NCBI RefSeq assembly: GCF_000315625.1
Contig: NW_005434648.1
Span: 658,974-722,973, forward strand
Length of the DNA stretch: 64,000 bases
Source of the DNA: Guillardia theta CCMP2712
Lineage: Eukaryota > Protista > Cryptophyta
Direction: 5' to 3'
Shown: piece by piece, positions 10,801 through 22,600 of the stretch
Layout of the letters: each line of letters begins with the position of its first letter
Position numbering within the stretch: position 1 is the first letter of the stretch
Translations under genes and position numbers: made by a program
Notes under the pieces: generated by a model
The model's input: the letters and a program-made list of their open reading frames with translations, nothing else
Told to the model about the DNA's origin: nothing
Database searches by the model: none

Positions 10801-12968
10801 ATGCGATGGCCGGCGATAGCGATGCTCATGATGATCGGGGCAGCTGCTGCAGGAGGGAGGGAGGGGAGGGAAGGCGGAGGAGGAAGAGAAGCCTTGCCGA
10901 CGAGCAGGGGAGACGAGATTGTTGTTTCTCATCCTCGACAAGACGAGCTGGTCGTACTGCAAGAGCACGCGAACTTTACGATCACGCTGTCAGTAGGTGG
11001 GAGATTGAAAGTTCCTCTCCATGGCTTGCTTGTTCTGCATCTCAATGAGGATCGGATAGCAATATTGTGTCCAAAACCTGCAGAGCAACTCGAAGATTGT
11101 CCGAATGGGCCAACGGAGGAGGGGGATGGAGACGTGGAAGGCAATGGTGAAAAGTGCAAGGAGTTCAGTGTTGAGGTGGGGGGTTTGAAGACAGCAGAGT
11201 ATGTTCTGACGGTAGAACTTGTCGATGTCCTGGGAAATCCGATAAGAATAGCTCGACGACACTTCAACGCTCTTGTGTTGAACGAGATCGACGAGTCTTT
11301 GCCTCCTCATCCTGTTTTCAATGTCATCATCTTCTCTATGGACAGAGCTTGTCAGCTAGATCAACTTCTTAGCAGCGTGCAAGAGAGGATAGTCAACGCA
11401 AACAGCAGCATGTTCAGATGGCAGGTCTTGTACAAGTTCTCGAACAAGAAGTTCGGAGATGGCTACAGGAAAGTCAAGAAGATGTTCCCCTGGGTGAGTT
11501 TCCATCAGCAGAGCAACCTCAGCTCTTCGGTTACCTCCGCGTACTTTGACATGTTTGTTGCGGAGGGAGGCGATGCAAAATCTTTCAAGGTGATCCACTT
11601 GCTCCGCACGATGACGGCGATATGATGTCGATCGCAGGGTGACTACCTTCGACTCGTAGACGACCGATCGCCTTTCATCTTGCACTTTGTCGACGACATG
11701 GTGGTCACTGGGGTGTGGAGCGTGCAAGAGCAAGTGTTCGCATACCGCCTGCTGTCTCTCCGTCCGGATGTCCTCACGGTTTCACTGAGATGTACCTGAT
11801 TGTAACATGGATGAACCTGATGCTGATTATTGCCCTCAAGTACACCCTGGGATAACCAGATGCTACGCCACCGGGTCAGACAGGACGCCGCCCCCAAGTT
11901 TCGATCCTGAGATGACGTGGAACTGGATGAACATGATGGTAAAGAACCTCTTCCTCGCTCATCCTCCTCCTCCCTCTTCTACCACCACCACCACCTCCTC
12001 CTCTTCCTTCTCTTTCTCTTCCTCCTCTACCACCACTACCTCCTCCTCCTCCTCCTCCTCCTCTACCACCACGATCTCCTGCTTCTCCTCATTTTCATCA
12101 CATTTTCATCATGTCACTTTCATGCTGCAGGGGGACTGGGCATATCCCATGTCGTTGGACGCTCATATCTTTCGCACGGAAGACCACGCGCGACTCGCCA
12201 TGGCGCTTCAATACATGAACCCTAACACGCTGGAGGTTTCTGAAACCTTCCCTCCCTTCCCGCCTTTCTGTCTCTCCCGTTCGATCTCTCTCTCGCCCCT
12301 CTCCTTTCTTCTCTTCCTGCCGTCCTATTTGCTCGTCTCAGTCTTTCCCCTTTTTGACCGTCTCGTTGCTCGTTTCCTGTGTGTTTGCTCCCTTCCTGTT
12401 AGTCTTCTTTGCTACTTTCGTCGTCTCCTCGCACTCTCACCCTCACTACTCTGTCGCAGGGTCAGATGGCAAGCTTCTGCTTCTCGGGTAACTCAGCTTG
12501 CCCACCGAGAATGTCCTGCTACCGAGAGGCGAAGGTAATCAACATTCCAGCCAACAGAGTGCAGGTACGAGAGGAGGACGAGCCCTGTGATGGTGAACTG
12601 ACTTGTAGCGTTGATAGAATACGTTCCCCAACAGATACATGTCAGATGCCCCGAGGTAATTCCTGCTCTTTTCTCATACTTTTCTTCATGACAAAATCTC
12701 GCTGCAGCCCGGCGTTGCTCAACACCGAGTTTCTCTTCAACCGTCGACTCATCACGAAACATCTCTGGGATAAGACGTTTGATACCGTTCACGTCCCGCA
12801 GGTCTACCCTCCTGAATCCTCTACCATACTTGCTCCCTGCCCCTGCCCCTGCCCTTGCTCCTTCACTGCACTACGTCCTCTTGGACAAGTACCTGCTTCA
12901 TGCGCTTCCTCGGCTCTGACTTGAGCTTCTCAGCCATTGATCTTCGCCGTCGGCAACTTGCAGCATGA
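10801..12968 (+). CDS. Secreted GT-A-fold glycosyltransferase-like protein with an N-terminal beta-rich domain; 3' end approximate
   Basis: Signal peptide MRWPAIAMLMMIGAAAA; VIIFSMDRACQLDQLLSS, ILHFVDDMVV (DxD-like), VSLR-VHPGITRCY, WNW, GDWAYPMSLDAHIFR, NPNTLE, VINIPANRVQ, LNTEFL. Confidence 0.65.
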
Positions 12969-13213
12969 AATGTCAGAGATAGTACGTGAGCCCGGCGACG
13001 ACAGTGAGTAACGATGAGCTCAAGCCTTGACACTCGAATCTCTTCCCTCCATCTTTATGTACAATACACCCGAATCTCTTCTCTCTATCTTCATCCGAAA
13101 GATTTTGAAATAATCTCTCACTTCCTCTGCAGTATAGCAATGTACAAAGTCGTTAGATGTTGTATTCCAGTGGCTCGCAAGCCTAACAGAAAGTTAGCCT
13201 GAGCAAGCAGAGA

Positions 13214-14730
13214 TCATCGTGAACAGACCAAGTCCAATGGCAGGTCGTCAAGATAGTTCCGATGAGCAGCAAGAATGTTGGTTCCCCCGTAATGTACAAT
13301 CTTCCTGCATTTCACGTCAGATTTGATCTCGGCATCACCAGGAACGAGCTCTTGTACTTGTATCTCTCGACAAAGCTCTCGAACGCTTCCCTCCGCAAAG
13401 GTCGGAGATCATGGACGCAGAAGAATTCTCCCTCTAGTCCAACTCCATTCCACATGATGTCAAACACATGGAACCCTGTCGCTCCTCCTTCAGAGCGTCT
13501 CCTCGTCCTCGCACGTCAATCTCACCGTGTTGGTCGAGCATCGTCAACAGATCCATCGCTGCCTGCATCAAACATCAGCGTGCATGACAGTAATTTGATC
13601 TGCATCGACAGCATGTATACAACGCCCAGTCATCAACTTACGGTCGGTGATCCAGCATTCCCCATCTCGAGAGCGTAGGGGACGAACTCGATCTGGACCC
13701 CTCGTCACTTCCTTGCAAGCTCGGCTCAACTTCACCTTCATGTACTTCACTCGCTCCTCCTCAAAGAGTCTCGTTGCTCCTGCAGACACTCTCCCTCAAC
13801 CCCCTCCTGCCCTCTCCGGGTTGCTCACCTCGAAGAGCTTGCAGCTCGTGACCGTCCGTGTCGATCTTCAAGAATACCACCATCTCATCGTTCCCGACCA
13901 AGGTATCTATCCTTGTTAGCTCTATGTTGATCGTCCGAACTGTCGTCAGGTTTGGCTCCCCGACTTCCTCCACCTTCCTCATCACTAGATGTCCACCTGT
14001 TCTCATGTCCAGTCACAGCCAACAAGTACATGTCACGGCATCACCCTTCAAGATGTGTATCACTCCCGTCCCATCAAAATCGTGCGCCCCCCCCGAGAAG
14101 ACTTGCAGGTTCCAATCATTGAGATGGGCCATGTGGAACAACCTTCGGGCATGGAAGGGATGGGGCTCGATGGCGATTACTCGTGCTCCCTGTCACACCG
14201 GCAGACTTTATCAGTAGGATAGATCCTTCCTCCCCTCTCACCAGCGCTGCTGCATAGTTGCTGTGCGAACCAATGTTCGCCCCGACGTCCACAATGAGAG
14301 GAGGCATACTCTGCGCGTTCCCGACAAGCATGCGGAAGAAGTGCAGGCCTTTCCTTCCTGCAGCACAGGTCAGTGCCTGGGTTGCACGTTCGTGATCCAT
14401 GCGCCACCAAGCTCATCGTAAGAGGCGCACCCTTCCTCCCCGAGTCCCTTGTCCTCCCGTCCTACAAAGGTGACGCAGTCTGCATGCCGGAGTGAGCAGG
14501 AGAAGGGAGCTAAAGCGATGGCACAGTAAGGAGGATCGGTGGCGGTCACGGTTACATTAATCGGGTAGTCTGGGACCGAGAAGTCGCCGATCCTTACTCG
14601 TCCTCGTTCGCTGGACCAGCATGTCAGGTGGAACAAGTCTGAAGCTGTCTCACCTTCTACTTCCATCATCGCCGAGAGATGTGCCCCATAGGCATAACAG
14701 CAGGATTCCGAAGAGGGATTGCTCCTTCAT
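13214..14730 (-). CDS. Secreted FkbM-family (Methyltransf_21) methyltransferase
   Basis: Signal peptide MKEQSLFGILLLCLWGTSLG; IVDVGANIGSHSNYAAAL, VIAIEP, TRIDTLV, FLKIDTDGHELQALRG. Confidence 0.85.
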
Positions 14731-14939
14731 GTTCCCTTGCTGATAATCTCCTCTCCTCCTCCCACTCCTTGCCTTCCAGCTGCTGCTGCTGCTGCTGCTG
14801 CTGCTTCTTTCTTATCTAGCGTATCGTTCTCCCATCTTTTTCGCCTCCTCTCGCTCCCCTGCATTCGTCATCTGTCGTCATCTCGACATCTCAGCTTAGC
14901 GACCATTGATACCCTCATCTCCACTCAATCCCATCCTGA

Positions 14940-15290
14940 AAAGGCGGGCCCTGGCCCGGGCGGCACTCAGCCTGGGCGGTCCCGGCTGAGGCCGCGGCAC
15001 TGACTCAGTGACTGATGAGGCCCTGAGGCGGCACTGCTGAGTCCGAGGCACTGGCAGTGACCGGGCCGCGTACCGTGGTGGCTGACCGCGGACGGTGGGG
15101 CGCCGGACCGGCCGGAGCGGCACACCGGGTCGGAATCCCCGAACCGAGTCGATCGTACTGAGACGCCGCTTCAGGGCTGAACTTCCCGAAGTTCCGGGCC
15201 GGGCCCGAGGAGACTACTGGCTATTAGTCCGGGACCATGACAAGATCGTCCGATCACCGGACTGATCCGAGATGATGGTCTGTCGATTTA
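14940..15290. promoter_or_regulatory. GC-rich upstream island (TGACTCAG/CCGGG/GATCCGA class) between divergent FkbM and GT8 genes
   Basis: Composition and motifs recur at 7800-8060, 52885-53150, 54420-54530, 55845-56290 and 58130-58340; regulatory role inferred from position only. Confidence 0.4.
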
Positions 15291-15344
15291 ATTGATTTAA
15301 ACCCTTCCGAAGCAAAGGAACAGAATCGAAGTTCTGAGAACTTT

Positions 15345-15970
15345 GCCCCCTACCCCCTTAGCCCTTTAACTCCCTAGAGGCGAGGTCATAGGAGAGGGCC
15401 ATAGGACTTCTACAAGGCCCCAAGGGACCTAGGGGCTGTTCTCTAGTACATGCTAGGACCAATGGTAGGTAGAAAAGGAGGGGCACCACCTGGGGTTGCA
15501 TCACGATCAACTTGCTACCAAGTGAGGGGTAGAGAGATCACATGGTAGGGTGGGGGTACTTGGAATATCTTGAATGACCGTGATTATCATGCTAGAAAAG
15601 ACCGGTGCATGATGCAAGTGAAGGGGTAGGGTAGGGTACATCATCACATACGGTACGGTGAATGGAACTGGAAGCGTCTGCTGGTCAAATGCAATTTATC
15701 TTTAGTACCCCACCCCCCATCTCTGCAAGAATTGATAGAGAATTATGGGGTAGTAAAACAAGATCGAATGAGTTGATGCACCCCTTCCAGGCATGGGGTA
15801 GGGGTACAAAGCTGGAGGGTAGGGGTTTATGTCAGGGGGGTGATCAGGGAGAAAGAAGGGGGTGAAACATTTATGAACAAGGGTAAGGTAAATTCGGGGT
15901 AGGGTGTAAGGTGAAATGGGGTAGGGTGGGGGTAGAAGGAGAAGAATGTTCGTCTAGATGGGGGGAGGGG
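15345..15970. promoter_or_regulatory. GGGGTA/TACCCC-rich upstream island
   Basis: Dense GGGGTA/GGGTAG motifs; similar islands at 6420-6525, 10655-10765, 19485-19605, 43085-43145, 49690-50400 and 62235-62430; function inferred. Confidence 0.4.
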
Positions 15971-16232
15971 ATAAAAGGAAAGAGGAGGAGGGGCCACGAG
16001 CAACGAACTGCTGCGTCTTCTTGCACAACCACTAGCATCCTCTCCTCGCTTCACTAGCTCTCCCCGCTTCCTAGCGTTGCCACTGCCCCTCCTGCTCTCT
16101 TGAGATCGATTGCTTGGAACTCAAACCTTCTTTTCTTGCTCCCACAACTTTGTCTCTACCCGGTAGTCTTCGACACCAAAAAGCTCTAGGACCGCTCTTC
16201 CTCCGTCCAAATCCCACATCGCTCAAGACCCA

Positions 16233-17421
16233 ATGCCTCCTTTCTCCAACCAGACCGCCATGGAACTTCAGGGAAGCGTCGACAGCATGGACGTCTCTGC
16301 TATGCGCAAAGAGAACAGATACGCCTATGTCACTTTGCTCACGAGAGATCCATACCTTCCCGGAGTGTGCGCCCTTTTGTACTCTCTCAAGCAAGTCAAC
16401 ACCAAGTATCCTGTCATCTGCGTCGTCACAAAGGACGTGACACAGAAGGCCCGCGAGGAGATCGAGCTCTTCGGAGGAGTGGTGAGGGAGGTGGAGAAGT
16501 TCCTCCCGTTCCCTGAGGACCAGGCCAACAACTATGCGAACGCTCTCTGGATTGATTGCTGGACCAAGTTGGAGTTCTGGGAGTTCACCGAGTACAAGAA
16601 GTGTGTGTACCTGGACGCTGACATGAAGGTGTACAAGAACTTGGATCACCTCTTCGAGATGGAAGGAGATTTCCTGGCTGCACAGGACTGCTACCATGGA
16701 GGCGACCCCGAGGACAGAGTGCGGAACCACTTTCATGATCCTGAGAAGTGCTTCTACTCCTCCTCATGCCCTGACAAGGTTGGTTTCCTGTGCCCTACCT
16801 GTGTGTTCTCCTGACCTCTTGGAACAGATAAGGCCTTACTTCAACGCTGGGTTCTTCGTCTTCACTCCCTCCAAGGACATAGCCAAGGACATGAAGCAGA
16901 AGGCAATCGACAAGGACGTCACAACCTTTACCTTTGCTGAGCAGGACTTCATGAACGACTACTTCCAGGTACCATGGCTCTGTCATGTTCCATGTTTGAT
17001 GAAGTTGTGACATTGGCGTAGGGGCAATGGGAGCCTAGAGTTCTTCCCTACACATACAACTGCATCAAGTGGTTTGCAAGGTACCACATGGGCAAGCCCT
17101 ACAACAAGGACGACATCCATGTTCTTCACTACGTGTCTGAGAAGCCCTGGGTGACTGGACGCATTGACCCTAAGGACGAGAAGGCGATCAAGTCGGGACT
17201 GTGCCACTGCGCTGTAAGTGACTCTGATTGGCTCCTCTTGCTCCCTCTCACGTTCCCCACAGGAGCAGTACGATGACTGGCATGACATGTGGGAGGAGGC
17301 CATGCAGGCCAAGGCCAACAACACTCTTGGAGGAACGATCGGAGCAGACAAGCTCGTCTCCATCCCAAAGGCTCAGCCAATGGTGACCGAGAGCGCCGTT
17401 CCTGTGGGGCGTATTGGATGA
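16233..17421 (+). CDS. Glycosyltransferase family 8, galactinol synthase/glycogenin-like (4 exons)
   Basis: AYVTLLTRDPYLPGV, WTKLEFWEFTEYKKCVYLDADM (DxD), YFNAGFFVFTPS, FAEQDFMNDYF, LPYTYN, VLHYVSEKPW. Confidence 0.92.
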
Positions 17422-17870
17422 GTGTGATAACTGATAGCAACTAACTTGATTCTTGTTTTTGTTCTCGTTGATCAGTGTTGAGCTGTTTTTTTGATGTACA
17501 AGATTGTGAATACTTATTTGGCATTAAAAGGAGAAAAAGGAGCAGAAGATTCTCGTTTCCATTATTTTTCATGTACATTCACAATTTATTAGACATTGTA
17601 ATACTATTCTCAAGCCAATACAATTTTTGAATACCACTTCGTGTTTCTTCTGGGTTTGCTGTTCTTCGAGTGATCAATATACATTAAAGAGTGAACCAAA
17701 ACAGGTAATGAGCTCAAGCAGCACAAAAGATTAAGGTCAATTTCCAACATAGTGCTCACTTCTGTCAGTCATAATATTGCCTGATGATATTGGTCAAGAT
17801 GATATTGGTCAAGTCTCAAGTTATCTAACGAAAATGCGTAGAAACAATTAGAAAAAAGAGAAAACTGATT

Positions 17871-19319
17871 CTAAAGAGTAGAAGCAGCTTTCTCCTTGCG
17901 CGTCTTGTCGACATCCTTCTCATATGTCCAGTACAGGAAAGAAAAACATGCAAGGGTGAGGATCCAGGGGGGGACGGAAGCTTGGAGAAGCGCTGTGGTG
18001 AGAGCATCCAGGTTGCTCACTCGCTCAGCCTTGCTGAGGTCGGAGATGGAGGTTCCCTTGGCAGGAGATCTGTAACCGTACATCTCCGCTAGGAAGCCGA
18101 CGACTGGTCCTCCGAGCACCGCAGCAACAGCACCGTTCAAGCAGTTGAGCAGAGCTGAAATTCTGGCCCTGTTGTTGGGAGTGACTACCTCCAAGAGCAC
18201 AACCTGGTTGCAAGCAACTCCCGCCCATGTCGCCGTGAGACCAAACAGAATGTTGAGCCAGGCGTAGGCCGAGAACGAGTCCGGGGTCTTGGGAACCTTG
18301 ATGAAGATCCAAGAGATGAGAACGAGTCCGCTAAGGATCGAGACTTGAGCAGCAAGTGGACGACCGCGGAATGGCGACCAAGACCTGGCAAGTACGTCTC
18401 CAACGATCCCTCCGACTATTCCTCCTACTCCGCTGGCAAAGATCTGCATGGTGATGAGAACTCCGGACGCGGCATTGGACATTCCGATGTATTGGAACCA
18501 CATGGTCAGGAAGGACATTGCAGTCCATGGAATGCATCCAAACATTCCCTGTACAAGGATCACAAGGAACGAAGGGATTGTGAAGTATGAGAACAGGAGC
18601 GTGAACTCCTTCCGAATCTCTGAGATGGCCCCTTGTGCCGACGTCGAGCTCTCATTCTCTTGCTCCTCGTTTCGGAATTCTGCCATGAAGAAAACAACGG
18701 CGACAGCCACGAGGATCGAAAGGCCCCCAACCCCGATGAAGGACGCCTGCCACCCATGGAGGTGGATGCTGCCCAACGAGAGCCTCTCCTCGGAGAAGCT
18801 CGTCAGCACTGTCGCACAGATCCCCTGCCCTAGAGCCATGCTGAACTGGAGCAGACCGAACACAAGGCCGACCTGCTCAGGCTCCGTGATGTCTGCCACG
18901 AGAGACTGCGCTACTGGTCCCAAGGACGCAAGGGCTACTCCGTTGAGGCATCGGAGCAGGAGGATGATGTGAAGTTGTCCGATGCACCCCAACAGGATGG
19001 CAATGAGACCCCAACCCATGCATCCTGCCACGAGCACAAACTTCCTTGACATCCCTCGGTCTACCAACGATGCCCAGACAGGGCCAGCAATGGACTGAAA
19101 GAACGCCTGAGCCATCGCAATCATTCCTAGCGATGCTGGAGTGAGTCCAAGGTTCGACTCGAGGACCTTGAACGAGGAAGGGAGGAGTTGGTTGCAAAGT
19201 CCCTGGATAGCTGTGACAAGGTAGAGCAAGCCTCGTGCAGCCCTGGCAGAACCTCCCCGTCGCTTCTGTAGAGCAGAGGCTTCTTTCATCTCCATTGCCT
19301 TGCTGGTAGAAGATGTCAT
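17871..19319 (-). CDS. Major facilitator superfamily transporter (spinster-like), intronless
   Basis: About 12 hydrophobic segments, WASLVDRGMSRK motif A variant, GIVGDVLAR in the second half; likely start MTSSTSKAM at 19319, downstream of the microsatellite. Confidence 0.88.
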   Translation of the reverse strand: MTSSTSKAMEMKEASALQKRRGGSARAARGLLYLVTAIQGLCNQLLPSSFKVLESNLGLTPASLGMIAMAQAFFQSIAGPVWASLVDRGMSRKFVLVAGCMGWGLIAILLGCIGQLHIILLLRCLNGVALASLGPVAQSLVADITEPEQVGLVFGLLQFSMALGQGICATVLTSFSEERLSLGSIHLHGWQASFIGVGGLSILVAVAVVFFMAEFRNEEQENESSTSAQGAISEIRKEFTLLFSYFTIPSFLVILVQGMFGCIPWTAMSFLTMWFQYIGMSNAASGVLITMQIFASGVGGIVGGIVGDVLARSWSPFRGRPLAAQVSILSGLVLISWIFIKVPKTPDSFSAYAWLNILFGLTATWAGVACNQVVLLEVVTPNNRARISALLNCLNGAVAAVLGGPVVGFLAEMYGYRSPAKGTSISDLSKAERVSNLDALTTALLQASVPPWILTLACFSFLYWTYEKDVDKTRKEKAASTL

Positions 19320-19336
19320 CTTGTGACTTCCGTTTC

Positions 19337-19466
<130 letters not shown>

Positions 19467-19637
19467 ACAGTCCGAATTTCTGGAACACCCCTGACCCCCT
19501 CGCTTAATCCTACCCCACCCCTCTAATTGACTCATACGAAGACCTAAAGGGTACCGGTCATGGAGACAGAAAGACTCGATCATGGACACAGAAAGGGAGG
19601 GTACGATATCACGTCACCGTGACTGTCAGCTAGTACG

Positions 19638-22600
19638 ATGTCCCTCATGCTGCGGGCGCATCGCAAGCACGTGATGGTGGGGGTGCTGGTCAGCTTCATG
19701 AGCATGAGCGGGACTTCCTCCTCCTCTGCATCATCATCATCATCATCTTTCTCTCCAACAGCTTCTTCGCCTTCATCATCCTCCTCTTCTTTTCCTTCTC
19801 TTTCGCAACAACGTCAGTCAATATTCAATCCTCAGAAGTTTTCTGGACACCAGATAAGGATGGATAGATCGCTCAAAACCAGTCTGTTGCTCAGATCATT
19901 CAGCGGATACTCTGACAGAGTGAGAGGAGGTCGTGCACAAGAAGAGCTGGACGACGAGGAGGAGAGTTCAGAGAAAGAGCACGGGGCATGGCAGCAGCAA
20001 GAAGATAAGAATTTAAATTATTTCAAGGAAGTAAAAGAGAGTTTCTCGTTCCCGTCCATGGAGGAAGAAGTATTGAAGGTGAGCAATGTCTTGTACCTCT
20101 TTCATGCTTCTCCGATGAATCTTCCTTCAGTTCTGGGAGGACATCGATGCGTTCAACCTGAGCTTGCAGAAAGCCAGAGAGAGTAATGATGAAAGGTGGG
20201 TGTTCTTCGACGGGCCCCCGTTCGCTACAGGGATGCCGCACTACGGCCACATCCTGGCTGGAACGATCAAGGACATCGTCACTCGCTTCTGGTCGCAAAA
20301 TGGCAAACTCGTGGAGAGGAAATGGGGATGGGACTGCCATGGACTTCCGATAGAGCATGAGATCGAGAAAAGTTTGGGGCTCAAGTCCAGGTGTGAGATA
20401 TTGGAGATGGGCATCCCAAAGTTCAATCAAGAGTGCCGCAAAGTTGTGATGAGATACTCGCAAGAGTGGAAGCGAATCGTGAAGCGACTTGCGAGGTGGA
20501 TCGATATGGAGAATGACTACAAGACTTTGGATTTCAAGTACATGGAGAGTGTGTGGTGGGCGTGCAAGGAGCTGTTCAAGAAGGGTCTGATCTATCGAGG
20601 CTTCAAAGTCATGCCTTATTCCACGGGGTGTGGCACATCGTTGTCTAACTTTGAAGCAAACCTCAACTACAAAGATATCACTGACCCTGCAGTGGTGGTG
20701 AGATTTGCGAAAATTCTTGTTGCTTGCTCGCCTGCTCAATTCCTTGCTGGTTCTGACATTCTTCGATCATGAATTTAGGTAAGTTTTCCTCTGATGGATG
20801 ACACGGATGTATCTCTATTGATATGGACGACTACCCCATGGACACTTCCATTCAATCTCGCAATCTGTGCAAACCCTGACCTGGAGTATGTGGAGATTGA
20901 AGACAAGAAGATGAAGAACAGGTTGTTGATGAGTATCCTTACAATGGTAACGAGACAACAGGTACATTCTTGCAAAATCAAGACTCGCACAGCTGTATGG
21001 GAAGGTATGATAGCTTGTGTTTTGATCAATGATTTGAAGTATTCAAAACAGCAAGTTGAAAACTCCTGTAAAATCCTAAGGAGCTTTCCCGGCAAAGAGC
21101 TTGAGGTAGCAACACAATAATGGCTTGCTGCATTTACATCTTTCTTCCGCCCCGTCTGCTTTCTGCTGCCTGTCCTTCTGAAGTTTTAACAGGGCAAAGA
21201 ATATATTCCAGCATTTGAGTGCATGAGGGAAGTAAGTTGTATGAAAATTCGGAGTATTTTCAACTGAGCCTTTTGCAGTCATTCAAATCATCGGGATTTC
21301 GTGTTGTCACGGACACGTTTGTGAGCTCTGACAGCGGAACAGGACTTGTGCATACTGCTCCAGGTAAAATTCTTTCACCCTCAGTGTAGATTAGCTGGAC
21401 GATGATGAGGCTGGGAAGAAATAATGTTTGATGTAGGTTTCGGTGAAGATGATTTTCGAGTTTGTCTGGAGAAAGGGGTCGTGTCCAAGAGCGACACATC
21501 GATCTGCCCTGTAGATGACGATGGGAGGTGAGCAGCGGAAGTCTCGAGGTGGTCTCAGTTTCGAATATTTATCTTGGATGTGACGTTCAGATACACTGCG
21601 GTGATGGAGACGTTTCAAGGTCGATTTGTCAAAGATTGCGACAAAGATATCATTCAGCATCTCAGGTTGCCTTCTTGCACTGTTTGCAAGCACTCCGTGA
21701 TCATGTTTCTCAAGGGATGCGGGGAGACTGGTTCAAACCAACTCGATTGTGCACTCTTATCCATTTTGTTGGCGATCAGATACACCGCTGATTTACAAGG
21801 TTTGCAAATGAAATGTAAGTGTCCCTCTGAATTCATCTTCAGGCTGTACCGAACTGGTTCGTCAATGTTGAGTAAGTTTACATTTGACTACTAGGCACAT
21901 GCCATGTTTCATATCTATTTATGTTCATACTTCATTTAGATGACCATATTTCATTTATTTCAACACGTTGTGTGTGTGTCCTGTATCATACCATGCTTCA
22001 TATGAATAACATCGTTTCCGCGAGATTGGGTTTGTAATGACGCTATAGATCCATCAAAGACAAGCTGTTGGCAAACAATGCCAAGACAGAATGGGTTCCA
22101 TCGTTTGTAAAAGAGAAGAGATTTCATAACTGGTATTTCCTACGTAATCCACTCAACCTGCTAAATTCCAATCCTGCCATTCCTTCTCTCTGTTCTGCTG
22201 AAGTTTCTTCTCAAAGTTCTCACAATTCAACTGCTCCTGCTCCTGCATCTTATTCTTCCTCTTGTTCCAAATGCCCAGGCTTGAAGCAGCTCGTGATTGG
22301 GCCATCTCAAGAAACAGATTCTGGGGGACTCCCTTACCCATCTGGTATTCGTCTTTCTCTCCTGTTGTCTACCTTTCTCTGATCTGCTCTCCCTCTCTTT
22401 CACCCCCTGAGGATTGAGGGTCGCGCAGGCACAGCGAGGACTGGGAAGAAATTGTGTGTGTAGGGTCAGCCGAGGAACTTCAACGGCTGTCAAACGTGTC
22501 CCTGTCTGACCTCCACAGAGAGTTCGTGGATGAAGTCACTATCCCTTCATCTCGTCCAGGACAGGTAGGAGGAGGGCGGGGAGGAGGAGGCGAAGGGAAA

